From the NCBI GenBank assembly GCA_021443885.1, contig JABUSW010000194.1, positions 1-56,939 on the forward strand: 56,939 nucleotides of DNA. Reading direction: 5' to 3'. Below are positions 1-9,154 of this stretch, in pieces. The notes under the pieces are model-generated. The model did no database searches. It saw nothing but the letters and a program-made list of their open reading frames with translations, and had not been told where the DNA came from. A program made the translations under genes and the position numbers. This DNA comes from Blautia sp. (GTDB taxonomy: Bacteria > Bacillota > Clostridia > Lachnospirales > Lachnospiraceae). Numbering within the stretch: the stretch's first letter is position 1; each line of letters begins with the position of its first letter.

Positions 1-156
1 TCCAACGTCTCCACGTACCATAACGGTTACAAGACCGGAACCGATCTTTTCTGTTCCAACGAGAGAAACATTTGCTGCTTTGCACATCTGGTCAGCTGCT
101 TCGATCGCTGCTGTAAGTCCTCTTGTTTCAACCATTCCTAATGCTTCCTGTGTCAT
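1..156 (-). CDS. BMC-H shell protein (PduA/PduJ-like), 3' end runs off the window
   Basis: Manual translation from the ATG at 156 (GGAGG RBS upstream) gives [52 protein letters not shown]. Near-identical to the 522-797 protein. Not in the ORF track because it is truncated. Confidence 0.93.
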   Translation of the reverse strand, partial: MTQEALGMVETRGLTAAIEAADQMCKAANVSLVGTEKIGSGLVTVMVRGDVG

Positions 157-205
157 TTATGTTTTCCTCCTATCATTTTACATAATTCGCTATTTCAGCT
201 GATAA

Positions 206-493
206 TTACTTTTTCCACCGTTTCTGACTCAATTCCACCATCTTGACGATTTCCTCATGTGGTCGTGCAATGACTGCAGAGCAGACCGGTTTTTTAATTG
301 CCTGGGCCTTTGCTGCTTCAACAGCTTCAGTGACAGCTGCTACATCGCCTTCGATTACCAGTGTCACCAATCGTCCGCCCAGTTTGCGCTCCCATGTGGA
401 GAATTCTACGTCTGCCGCCTTACACATAATATCAATTGCGTCCATGGCAGCAACAACTCCCACGATTTCAATAAAGCCATATGATTTATTCAT
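206..493 (-). CDS. BMC-H shell protein
   Basis: GFIE..G...A.DAIDIMCKAADV, LVTLVIEGDVAAVTEAVEA and VIARPH motifs of the BMC domain. Confidence 0.92.
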   Translation of the reverse strand: MNKSYGFIEIVGVVAAMDAIDIMCKAADVEFSTWERKLGGRLVTLVIEGDVAAVTEAVEAAKAQAIKKPVCSAVIARPHEEIVKMVELSQKRWKK

Positions 494-521
494 GAGCGAA
501 CTCCTTTAATGCAACCATTGA

Positions 522-797
522 TCAGATGCCTGGAAGGATCTTTTCCACATCATTGTGTGGTCTCGGAATTACATGTGTAGCTACCAGCTCACCAAGTCTG
601 GATGCTGCTGCGCTTCCGCTTTCTACTGCTGCCTTAACAGCACCAACATCTCCACGTACCATAACGGTTACAAGACCGGAACCGATCTTTTCTGTTCCAA
701 CCAATGTTACTTCAGCTGCCTTTGTCATTGCATCTGCTGCTTCAATTGCTGCTGTAAGTCCTCTTGTTTCAACCATTCCCAATGCTTCCTGTGCCAT
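522..797 (-). CDS. BMC-H shell protein, PduA/PduJ/EutM-like
   Basis: [10 protein letters not shown]...[38 protein letters not shown], a canonical BMC-H with GSG pore. Confidence 0.96.
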   Translation of the reverse strand: MAQEALGMVETRGLTAAIEAADAMTKAAEVTLVGTEKIGSGLVTVMVRGDVGAVKAAVESGSAAASRLGELVATHVIPRPHNDVEKILPGI

Positions 798-849
798 GGT
801 AATATCCTCCTGAAAATTTATATACTGTTATATTATAATTCATGATAAG

Positions 850-1164
850 TCACGACTTATCCAACGCGCTGATCTTCAGCATTTTTTCCGTTCCTTCATC
901 CGGGTTCGGAATAATATAGTGCTGTACCACACCTGCAAGGCCTTCAGCCGCCGCAATACCGGCCTCCATTGCCGCCTCAACAGCTGCCACACTGCCTCTA
1001 TACTTAATACAGACAAGGAGCGGTACCGGAAGCGCATCTGCATTTCCTGGCTTGTTCTTGTCAAAGACTTCCAGATATACATCTGCAGCTTTGCATCCGG
1101 CATCTGCCGCTACAAATGCTGTGGCCAGACCAAACACTTCCAAAATTCCTACAGCTGCTGCCAT
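850..1164 (-). CDS. BMC-H shell protein with extended pore loop
   Basis: AVGILEVFG..AADAGCKAADV...RGSVAAVEAA..IIPNP; insertion DKNKPGNADALPVPL at the pore position. Confidence 0.88.
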   Translation of the reverse strand: MAAAVGILEVFGLATAFVAADAGCKAADVYLEVFDKNKPGNADALPVPLLVCIKYRGSVAAVEAAMEAGIAAAEGLAGVVQHYIIPNPDEGTEKMLKISALDKS

Positions 1165-1188
1165 AATCGTTCTCCTTTATCCTGTGGA

Positions 1189-2403
1189 CTATTTATTGAT
1201 AATGGCAATCTTCAGACCTGTCATAGCCAGATTCTTCTGATGTGCTTCATTGATCTCTTCCAACGGATATCTGTCAGAAATCAGTTCAGACATCGGAAGA
1301 CCGATTCCTTTTGCTCTCTTCAGGAAATCAAAGGTGGTCACATAATCTCTCAATGTATATACCCAGGATCCAACGAGATTGATTTCTTTTGAGCAAAGGT
1401 CAAAGTGCGGATTGATCGTAGCGTCTCCACCATTGATGAAGAAACCAAGTTCACAAAGACCACCGCCATTACGGATAAATTTATAAATATTCGCATGCGC
1501 TTTCGGGTTACCGGTACATTGGAAACCAAAGTCCGCAAGGTATCCGCCGAAAGCATCCTTCACACCACCTGCAAGCGCTTCAATGCCCTGATAATCAGCG
1601 AAATTAACGCTGACATCCGCGCCCATTTTCTTGGCAAATGCAAGTCGCTGCGCATTTCCGTCAACCGCACAGATATTCTCGATACCCATCGTGCGAAGGA
1701 TCGCGATACAGATCAGCCCGATCGGTCCGCATCCCTGAACAACAACTCTGGAGTTGAATTTCAGGATTCCGGTCGTTTTTGCTCTTTCTACTGCGTGGAT
1801 CAAAACTGCACAGGGCTCGATGAGGATTCTGGAATCCAGATCCAGATCACTTACGTTAAAGAAAGTAGAGCCAAATGCACCGCCTCTGATGAAAATGTAA
1901 TCCGAGAACCATCCATTCAGATGAATGTCATCGTCCGGAAGAAGCCCGTATACGTCTGCACCACCAACATTTTTCTTATTCAGGTCGAACATTGTGATAT
2001 CCGGATCATCCTTGAAAATCATACATGTTACGATTTTATCGCCAACCTTAACGGGTTTTCCGGCTGAGTCAACCTTCACATTTTTACCCATTGCAACGAT
2101 CTCGCCGGTTCCTTCATGTCCAAGGGCTACCGGGATCAGGCTGAATGGATCTCTCTTAAACTCGTGAGCATCTGTTCCACAGATACCACAGCCTTCTACT
2201 TTTACAAGAAGATCGTCATCTCCTAACGGTGGAATGGGGAATTCTTTGATATCATAATGCTCAAGAGCAGTAAGCATTGCAACTCTTGCTGTCTTCGGGA
2301 TCTGTCCTGCAGGTTTTGCTGCCGGTGCTGCGGAAGCATTTCCTGTCATTCCGGAAAGGACCTGTCTAACGATTTCTTCAATATTTACGTTGTTCATATC
2401 CAT
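1189..2403 (-). CDS. Zn-dependent (MDR family) alcohol dehydrogenase, probable propanol dehydrogenase, with N-terminal encapsulation peptide
   Basis: CGICGTD, GHEGTG and GCGPIG motifs; N-terminal amphipathic NIEEIVRQVLSGM followed by an Ala/Pro linker; BMC context. Confidence 0.88.
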   Translation of the reverse strand: MDMNNVNIEEIVRQVLSGMTGNASAAPAAKPAGQIPKTARVAMLTALEHYDIKEFPIPPLGDDDLLVKVEGCGICGTDAHEFKRDPFSLIPVALGHEGTGEIVAMGKNVKVDSAGKPVKVGDKIVTCMIFKDDPDITMFDLNKKNVGGADVYGLLPDDDIHLNGWFSDYIFIRGGAFGSTFFNVSDLDLDSRILIEPCAVLIHAVERAKTTGILKFNSRVVVQGCGPIGLICIAILRTMGIENICAVDGNAQRLAFAKKMGADVSVNFADYQGIEALAGGVKDAFGGYLADFGFQCTGNPKAHANIYKFIRNGGGLCELGFFINGGDATINPHFDLCSKEINLVGSWVYTLRDYVTTFDFLKRAKGIGLPMSELISDRYPLEEINEAHQKNLAMTGLKIAIINK

Positions 2404-2422
2404 GACTGCTTTTTCCTCCTGA

Positions 2423-3811
2423 TCAGCGAATGCAGAGGCTATCAGACATTACACAGCGTCTTCTCTTTGTAAAGGTGCTGGCACTTGTAAGGCCTTCACC
2501 GGTACGACTTGCAATAGTAAATGTACAATAGCCTTCGCCACCGAATCCGATTGCTGCATAAGAAGGAGCGTTTTTAACCAGGATTGCAGTGTCAATTGCT
2601 TTCGCGTATTTTGTAATGTTATCAATGTTTTTCGAATGGATGTGTGCAGAATGGCGGTTGCCATGTTCCAGCCATACAGCCTGTTCCACTGCATCATCAA
2701 AATCTTTTGCTCTAACCATACCGAGAATCGGCATCATAAGCTCTTCCGCGATCAGCGGATGTTCCTTCGGTCCTTCAAAAACGATGCAGCGGATATTTGC
2801 CGGAGCATTGATTCCAATCATACCGAGAAGGGTGCGTGCATCACGTCCAACGCATTTACGGTTCAGTCTTCCGCCCTTCAGAACGATTTCGGTCAGTTTC
2901 TTCTGTTCTTCTTCCGAAATCAGATAACAATCGTTCTCTGTCAGCAGGTAATGCATCAATTCATCTGCAATCGAAGAAACTGCAACGATCTCCTTCTCTG
3001 CAATACATGGCAGATTGTTATCGAAGGTACAGCCATTTACAATGTCCTGTGCCGCCTTACGGATGTCTGCTGTTTCATCCACAACTGCAGGCGGATTGCC
3101 TGCACCGGCACCGATACCGCGCTTTCCGGAGGAAAGCACTGCCGTTACTACACCCGGGCCGCCGGTAGCTGCGATAAGGGGAATGTCTTTATGCTTCATC
3201 ATAATGTCGCTGGTCTCAAGAGTTGGTTTTTCGCAGGATACAACAATGTTGTCCGGACCGCCGCATTCCAGAGAAGCTTCATTAATAAGGTTGATTGCGT
3301 ACAAAGATGTTTTGATTGCTGCCGGATGCGGGTTAAATACCACCGTATTTCCACCAGCCAGCATACCAATCGAGTTGCACAGAATCGTTTCACTTGGGTT
3401 TGTTGTCGGAGTAATCGCACCGATCACACCAAAAGGTCCCATTTCGATCAGAGTCAGACCTCTGTCTCCTGACCAGGCCACGGTAGAAATGTCTTCCGTT
3501 CCCGGTGTCTTATCTGCAACAAGGTGATGTTTGAGGATCTTATCACCTACATTACCCATACCTGTTTCTTCCACACCCATACGAGCGAATATTTCTGCGT
3601 TTTCATGTACCTTCTCACGGATACGGGAGATAATTCTTTCTCTCTGATCCATAGACATTTTACGAACAACTTTCTGTGCTTCTTTCGCAGCAGCAATTGC
3701 TGAATTCATATCTTTAAAAAGTCCATGCTGTCCGGATGGAGATGCCGCAATCTGCATTTTCGCCATAACTTCCTGTACAATTTCCTGTACCATTTTCTCA
3801 TTTACTGGCAT
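2423..3811 (-). CDS. pduP: CoA-acylating aldehyde (propionaldehyde) dehydrogenase, PduP/EutE family
   Basis: PTTNPS, ATGGPGVV, GAGAGNPP, catalytic LPCIAEK and TGEGLTS motifs; N-terminal encapsulation peptide MVQEIVQEVMAKM. Confidence 0.9.
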   Translation of the reverse strand: MPVNEKMVQEIVQEVMAKMQIAASPSGQHGLFKDMNSAIAAAKEAQKVVRKMSMDQRERIISRIREKVHENAEIFARMGVEETGMGNVGDKILKHHLVADKTPGTEDISTVAWSGDRGLTLIEMGPFGVIGAITPTTNPSETILCNSIGMLAGGNTVVFNPHPAAIKTSLYAINLINEASLECGGPDNIVVSCEKPTLETSDIMMKHKDIPLIAATGGPGVVTAVLSSGKRGIGAGAGNPPAVVDETADIRKAAQDIVNGCTFDNNLPCIAEKEIVAVSSIADELMHYLLTENDCYLISEEEQKKLTEIVLKGGRLNRKCVGRDARTLLGMIGINAPANIRCIVFEGPKEHPLIAEELMMPILGMVRAKDFDDAVEQAVWLEHGNRHSAHIHSKNIDNITKYAKAIDTAILVKNAPSYAAIGFGGEGYCTFTIASRTGEGLTSASTFTKRRRCVMSDSLCIR

Positions 3812-3839
3812 GAGATTGACCTCCTGTTATTTGTCGATA

Positions 3840-4691
3840 TTATTTTAATCCAAGCTGCGCAATCACCTGCTGCGTGATCTTAGCAACCAGTTCTGCGTCT
3901 GCGCTTGCCGGTGCAGCTTCGCCGCCTACGAAATCATACTGATATCCCGGGAACTGTTTGTAATCTTCGTGTTTGCAGGATCCACCGCAGTTATGGCAGT
4001 TTGTTTCGCCCTTGTTCAGGCAGATGCTTGCCGGATGTTTTCCTGGCATACCGAATTTACGACGGATCTCATAAAGCTTCTTGATGTTTTCTTTGTCAAA
4101 TTCCTTTGGTCCGCCAAGAACTTTGGATTTGTAAAGAAGCTCAGCGTAGAATTCAAGGCTTTCCATCTTCATATAAGCAGCATTGAGGTCTGTGCTCCAT
4201 GTAAGAGCGCCATGGTTCTCAAGAAGAACTGCATCAAAGTATGGAAGGTATTTCTCAAGGTTATCCGGAATTTCCATTGTGGAAGGTGTACCATATTCTG
4301 CAATCGGAACACATCCAAGAGCGATAACTGCTTCCGGCATGATCGGCTGTGTCAGCGGAATACCTGCAATTGCAAATGCGGTACCATACATTGGATGAGC
4401 GTGAACAACTGCACCCACATCCGGTCTCTTCTCATATACTCTCATATGCATTTTGATCTCAGAAGATGGTTTGAAGCCGGGATTCGCCTGAATTACATTA
4501 CCTTTGCTGTCTACTTTACAGATGAATTCTGGAGTCATGAAACCTTTGGATACACCTGTTGGTGTGCACAGCCATTCTGTATCGCTGATCTTAACAGAAA
4601 TATTACCGTCATTAGCAGCAACCATGTTACGGTTGTAGATACGTTTTCCAATGTCGCAAATCTGTTTTTTAACTTCGAATTCGTTTACCAT
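3840..4691 (-). CDS. Class II aldolase (L-fuculose/rhamnulose-1-phosphate aldolase-like) with C-terminal encapsulation peptide
   Basis: DGNIS, TPTGVSKG, PSSE..MH, VHAHP and LENHG Zn-aldolase motifs; C-terminal DAELVAKITQQVIAQL. Confidence 0.9.
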   Translation of the reverse strand: MVNEFEVKKQICDIGKRIYNRNMVAANDGNISVKISDTEWLCTPTGVSKGFMTPEFICKVDSKGNVIQANPGFKPSSEIKMHMRVYEKRPDVGAVVHAHPMYGTAFAIAGIPLTQPIMPEAVIALGCVPIAEYGTPSTMEIPDNLEKYLPYFDAVLLENHGALTWSTDLNAAYMKMESLEFYAELLYKSKVLGGPKEFDKENIKKLYEIRRKFGMPGKHPASICLNKGETNCHNCGGSCKHEDYKQFPGYQYDFVGGEAAPASADAELVAKITQQVIAQLGLK

Positions 4692-4762
4692 GCCTTATTG
4701 TCCTCCTTAAGTGCATTTTGGTTAAAATTGGTTAAAATGGTTTATATTTATTACTAGTGTAT

Positions 4763-4791
4763 ATTATACCCCACCCCTCCGCCAATGTCAA
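4763..4791 (-). promoter_or_regulatory. Consensus sigma-A promoter of the BMC operon
   Basis: TTGACA (4791-4786) - 17 bp - TATAAT (4768-4763) on the minus strand. Confidence 0.8.
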
Positions 4792-4962
4792 CATAAATCA
4801 ACATTTATTTTTGTGGGATTCCTTTGTTTTGGTGTGGTTTATTGCGGCGTTTTGATGTGGTTTTTGTTTGTTTTCAGCATTCCAGAATCGATTCTTGCTA
4901 TTTCCGGATGTTTTATATATAATAATACGGAATTATGTAAGAGGAAACGAGGTTATGGAAAA

Positions 4963-5865
4963 ATGTATGCAGAAAATGTAATTGATTTAATAGGTAATAC
5001 ACCATTGCTCAGCTTTAAAAAAACCATGGGACTTAATATTTTTGCCAAGGCAGAATTTCTCAATCCCGGAGGAAGCATCAAAGACCGGATCGCACTGAAC
5101 ATGATCCGGGAAGCGGAAAAGCAGGGATTGCTAAAACCAGGCATGACCATTGTCGAGCCAACCTCCGGTAACACCGGAATCGGCCTGGCATTTTGCGGCG
5201 TTCGTATGGGCTACAAAGTCATCATTGTAATGCCGGAAAACATGAGCGAGGAACGCAAAAAAATCATCCATGCACTGGGAGCCGAACTGGTTCTTACTCC
5301 TGCAGATGAAAATGTTGACGGCGCCGTTCAGAAAGCAGCCGAGATTGCAGGCTCTTCCAACCAGTATTATATGCCTCAGCAATTTGAAAACCCGGCAAAT
5401 CCTGCCTCGCATTATTATGGAACTGCAGATGAGCTCATAAAACAGCTGGATAAGCCCATCGATATCTTTATCTCCGGCATCGGAAGCGGAGGAACGCTGC
5501 AGGGCATGGCCAAACGCATTCTGGAGTCTTATCCGGACTGCCGGATCGTGGCCGCTGAGCCGAAAAATGTATCCGCACTGCTTGGTCAGGAACCCGGTCT
5601 TCACCAGATTCAGGGAATTGGAGACGGCTTTATCCCGGAGCTTCTCGATACTTCTCTGATCACCGATATCGTGGAAGTATCGGATGAAGATGCAATTAAG
5701 ACCGCCCGTGAACTGGCACACAATCAAGGGCTTCTGGTAGGAACTTCGTCCGGAGCAAATATCTGGACTGCAAAACAGATGGCAAAAAAATATGGCGAAG
5801 ACAAAGTCATCGCCACAGTTCTTGCAGATCGTGCGGAACGTTATTTCAGCACATCTCTGATTTAA
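4963..5865 (+). CDS. cysK: Cysteine synthase (O-acetylserine sulfhydrylase)
   Basis: IGNTPL, EFLNPGGSIKDR (PLP lysine), EPTSGNTG, QQFENPAN, GIGSGGT and HQIQGIG motifs. ATG 4963 preferred over the ORF-track start at 4813. Confidence 0.93.
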   Translation: MYAENVIDLIGNTPLLSFKKTMGLNIFAKAEFLNPGGSIKDRIALNMIREAEKQGLLKPGMTIVEPTSGNTGIGLAFCGVRMGYKVIIVMPENMSEERKKIIHALGAELVLTPADENVDGAVQKAAEIAGSSNQYYMPQQFENPANPASHYYGTADELIKQLDKPIDIFISGIGSGGTLQGMAKRILESYPDCRIVAAEPKNVSALLGQEPGLHQIQGIGDGFIPELLDTSLITDIVEVSDEDAIKTARELAHNQGLLVGTSSGANIWTAKQMAKKYGEDKVIATVLADRAERYFSTSLI

Positions 5866-5875
5866 CAGCAAAATG

Positions 5876-5905
5876 AGGGGCTGCCTTTCGGCAGCCCTTA
5901 TTTTT
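5876..5905 (+). terminator. Intrinsic terminator after cysK (possibly bidirectional)
   Basis: AGGGGCTGCC-TTTC-GGCAGCCCT hairpin followed by a T tract. Confidence 0.8.
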
Positions 5906-5994
5906 ATAATCTTCTTTGTTCGCTGTACCAAAGAAGGCAGCAAAGCTTCCCGTACAGCTCGCCTGCGAATCTGCTTCGAAATCCGCAGCTCAAA

Positions 5995-7404
5995 TCAGAC
6001 AAGACGTCTCACAGACAGAATCGTTCTGTAGGTTGCATCATTGCTGATCTTAATACCATCTCTGGAGTTAGAAGCATGTACAATCTTGCCGTCCCCCATG
6101 TAGATAGCAACATGTCCGCCATAACAGATCAGATCTCCAGGCTGTGCATCTGAATAGGATACCTCTGTTCCTGCGTTCTGCTGTTCATAAGATGTTCGCG
6201 GAAGGCTTACGCCAAAATTGCTGTATACACTCTGTACGAAGCCGGAACAATCCGCTCCGTTTGTAAGACTGGTTCCGCCCCAGACATATGGATTCCCCAC
6301 AAACTGTGTTGCATAATCTACTACAGAAGACCCGGAACCGGAACCGGAGCTGCCGGACTGGTAGTCTTCCGCCGAAACCGTATTATCCGAATCGATCACG
6401 TTGCCATATTCATCATATTCCGGTTCCGAATAGGATTCCGAAGACGATGCGGAAGATGTCTCGGCATCCGAATCCTCGGAAGCGGTTCCCACCTGTTCAT
6501 ACATCGGATCCCCATCCTCATCGTATACCTGATTGCCATCCTCATCTGTCACAGCCGCATAGATCGGTTCCCCATTGTCGTATCCGTCATCGTAGCTGTC
6601 ATCGTAACTACTGTCATAATTTTCTGCTGCCGCCGCTTCTGCAGCCGCCGCTTCCGCTGCTGCGATTTCTGCCGCAATACGTTCTGCCTGCATAACCTCC
6701 AGTGCGTATGTCTGTTCTGTCAGAAGATTCGCGTATTCGGTTGCCTGATACTGTGCCCAGGCGATCTCTTCATCGCAGTTTGCAGATACCGCACGCTTCT
6801 CATCAATCTGGTTCTGAAGAATAACGGACTGTTCCTCCATCGCAAGGTGCATTTCCTCCAGCTCCGCTTTTTCACTGCAGTACTGCTCTTCCAACGCCTG
6901 AACCTGATTAATTGTTTTCACATACTTGTCCAGATTGTCTCTGTCCTGTTTGTACATTTTCTGTGTATATTCTGCACGTGTCAGAAGATCTGCGAGGTTC
7001 TCTGCCCCTACCATCATCTGAAGCCACGCCTCATCCCCTCCTTTTTCATAGAGATACTGAATACGTTTCTTCATTGCTTCATACTGCTTTGTTTTCGCAG
7101 CTTCTGCTTTTGTTAAATTATCCTGTGTCTGCTGGATCTGCTCACCCTTGGCAGCAATGTCATTTTTCAGAACGCCGATGGAAACCATAACATCCACAAG
7201 GTTCTGATCCAGACCTGCGATTTCATATTCCAGCTGTTCTTTCTGGTACGCCAGCTGATTCATTCTATCATAGGCAGCATTCAGCTGATAATCCGTCCAT
7301 GCAATTTCCTCTGCAAGCTCCTGCTCTGTGATCGCGCTTACGCTGATAACCTGGGCCGCACTGATCAGCAATGCCAGTGTTGTACATATTAGTTTCTTTT
7401 TCAT
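5995..7404 (-). CDS. Secreted coiled-coil + NlpC/P60 (C40) peptidoglycan endopeptidase, CwlO/PcsB-like
   Basis: Signal peptide, long coiled coil, acidic linker, then C-terminal PYVWGG..DCSGFV..GHVAIY..VHAS. Confidence 0.9.
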   Translation of the reverse strand: MKKKLICTTLALLISAAQVISVSAITEQELAEEIAWTDYQLNAAYDRMNQLAYQKEQLEYEIAGLDQNLVDVMVSIGVLKNDIAAKGEQIQQTQDNLTKAEAAKTKQYEAMKKRIQYLYEKGGDEAWLQMMVGAENLADLLTRAEYTQKMYKQDRDNLDKYVKTINQVQALEEQYCSEKAELEEMHLAMEEQSVILQNQIDEKRAVSANCDEEIAWAQYQATEYANLLTEQTYALEVMQAERIAAEIAAAEAAAAEAAAAENYDSSYDDSYDDGYDNGEPIYAAVTDEDGNQVYDEDGDPMYEQVGTASEDSDAETSSASSSESYSEPEYDEYGNVIDSDNTVSAEDYQSGSSGSGSGSSVVDYATQFVGNPYVWGGTSLTNGADCSGFVQSVYSNFGVSLPRTSYEQQNAGTEVSYSDAQPGDLICYGGHVAIYMGDGKIVHASNSRDGIKISNDATYRTILSVRRLV

Positions 7405-7594
7405 TTTATCACCCTCATTTAAATGCTTTCGTTTTTTATTCTTCTCAAGCTCTTACGTATATTAACATAACATTAAATTATTTTCAAGTATTTTTGTAAA
7501 ATTAGTTTATAATTTTGTAATATTTGGAAAAATACAGGAAATATTTGCAATGGTATGCCGGCGTTCTGCCGCTGTTTCGACGGCCTCATCCCAT

Positions 7595-7620
7595 AAAAAA
7601 GGGCCTGCATATGCAAGCCC
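7595..7620 (-). terminator. Intrinsic terminator downstream of 7658-9154
   Basis: Minus strand GGGCTTGCA-TA-TGCAGGCCC followed by TTTTTT. Confidence 0.75.
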
Positions 7621-7657
7621 CTGTCCGTTTTGTAATATTTTATTAATACTTTTCGAA

Positions 7658-9154
7658 TTATTCGAACAGATCTTTCAGTATCTGATCTGCCGTCATATTC
7701 GTATATCCATCCGGATCTGCCAAGGTTGTCCGGTTCCAGCGGAAATAGGAACCATTCTTAATATAATGTCCACTGGATGTATTGTAATGATACTTGGTAT
7801 ATCCTGGGAATCTGGACATATATTTCTTAGCCAGCTCGATCGCTTCACTGGAATAGTTGCCGGACGGAGTTGGTGTTCCTGCAATCTGGCATCCCGCCTG
7901 TGGAGTGGAATGAACGATGACAAGGCTCTTATCCTTACATTGTCCAAGCACGATCCAGACATGTCCTTCATTAAATCCTACATCGCCGGGGAGGAACTTA
8001 TAGTCATGATTCGCCAGCCAGGTCTGATTGCCGACTGCCCCCCAGCCGTTGCTCTTATAAGCACTTCCAACGTCGCTTGCCACTACGGTATAACCATAGC
8101 CAACGCCGGATTTTGTCTGCATTACCTGATATGCCGCCCAGCCTACAAAACCGGAACAATCAAGACCCTTTGCCCTGTTTGCAGCACTCAGGTCACGATA
8201 ATTATTGTAGTCGTAGCTGCTGGTCTGAGAATTGTACCACTCCAGCCATTCCGGACTGACGCCCTTTCTGGTTGCATCCGTCCAGCCACCGCCCCATACA
8301 TAAAGTGCTTTTCCAACCGGAAGAAGTGCACCTGCCAGATAATTCTTAATCGTTCTCTGGGATCCCGGGGCTGTTGTCTGAGGATAAGTACCGCTCTCAC
8401 TCTGCAGAATACCGTTGCTGGAGAAAGTGTAGGTCTTCCCGCCGATGGTCTGTACGCCAACTGCCATTACACCGGTAGAAGGATCAAAGTAGTACTTATA
8501 TCCCTTTGATTTATTGTTGACCCAACCGGTGGCCATGATCCCGGTTCCTTTGTAGAAATAATAATACTTTCCGCCGCTTTGCTTGAATCCCTGTGCCATG
8601 GCACCTGTCTTCTTGTCAAAGTAACGTACCTCACCATTGGTATTCTTCAACCATCCTGTTGCCATCTCTCCGGTTCCGGACTTGAAATAACGAATGATCT
8701 TCGTCTTCTTATCTGTCACGAACTGGTTCATTACGGCACATCCGTTTTTCTTAACAAAATAATAGTACTTGCCTTTCAGATTCATCCATCCCTGTTTCAT
8801 GATACCCGTTGATGGATCAAAATATCTGCGCTGTGTACCCTTACCACTTACGATCCAGCCAGTCACCATCTCTCCATTTGGCTTGGAAAAATACCGGATC
8901 TCTGTAGCACTCTTCTTATACCACCCAAAATGCAGAATACCGGTCATCTGGTCAAGGTAATACGTCTTCCCGTTCAGTTTCAGAAGACCTTTGTATTTCT
9001 TTCCATTCTTTAAGTAGTAAGTATTATTCCCTTTCTTCACAAAACCGGTGGTAGCAGCCTGAACATCAACCGTTGCGGTCTTTAATGTAGCTCCGGCCAC
9101 CAGCAGCATCATCAAGAGCAGCAATTTAATAATTCTACTTCTTTTCTTATTCAT
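7658..9154 (-). CDS. Secreted cell-wall-binding-repeat protein with a C-terminal NlpC/P60-like catalytic domain
   Basis: Signal peptide; about ten W...(Y/R)YF...G.M..G repeats (choline/glucan-binding type); YVWGGG, GLDCSGFV, GHVWIV and IVHS motifs. Confidence 0.82.
   Translation of the reverse strand: MNKKRSRIIKLLLLMMLLVAGATLKTATVDVQAATTGFVKKGNNTYYLKNGKKYKGLLKLNGKTYYLDQMTGILHFGWYKKSATEIRYFSKPNGEMVTGWIVSGKGTQRRYFDPSTGIMKQGWMNLKGKYYYFVKKNGCAVMNQFVTDKKTKIIRYFKSGTGEMATGWLKNTNGEVRYFDKKTGAMAQGFKQSGGKYYYFYKGTGIMATGWVNNKSKGYKYYFDPSTGVMAVGVQTIGGKTYTFSSNGILQSESGTYPQTTAPGSQRTIKNYLAGALLPVGKALYVWGGGWTDATRKGVSPEWLEWYNSQTSSYDYNNYRDLSAANRAKGLDCSGFVGWAAYQVMQTKSGVGYGYTVVASDVGSAYKSNGWGAVGNQTWLANHDYKFLPGDVGFNEGHVWIVLGQCKDKSLVIVHSTPQAGCQIAGTPTPSGNYSSEAIELAKKYMSRFPGYTKYHYNTSSGHYIKNGSYFRWNRTTLADPDGYTNMTADQILKDLFE

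Noticed and set aside
4813-4962. 50-aa N-terminal extension of CysK given by the ORF track
   Set aside because: Translates promoter DNA; homology begins at MYAENVIDLIGNTPL (4963).
7490-7525. WalR-like TGTAA half-sites upstream of the hydrolase
   Set aside because: Spacing does not fit TGTWAH-N5-TGTWAH and the region is very AT-rich, so a chance match is likely.
7550-8509. 319-aa plus-strand ORF
   Set aside because: Antisense shadow of the cell-wall hydrolase gene; no RBS or recognisable motifs.
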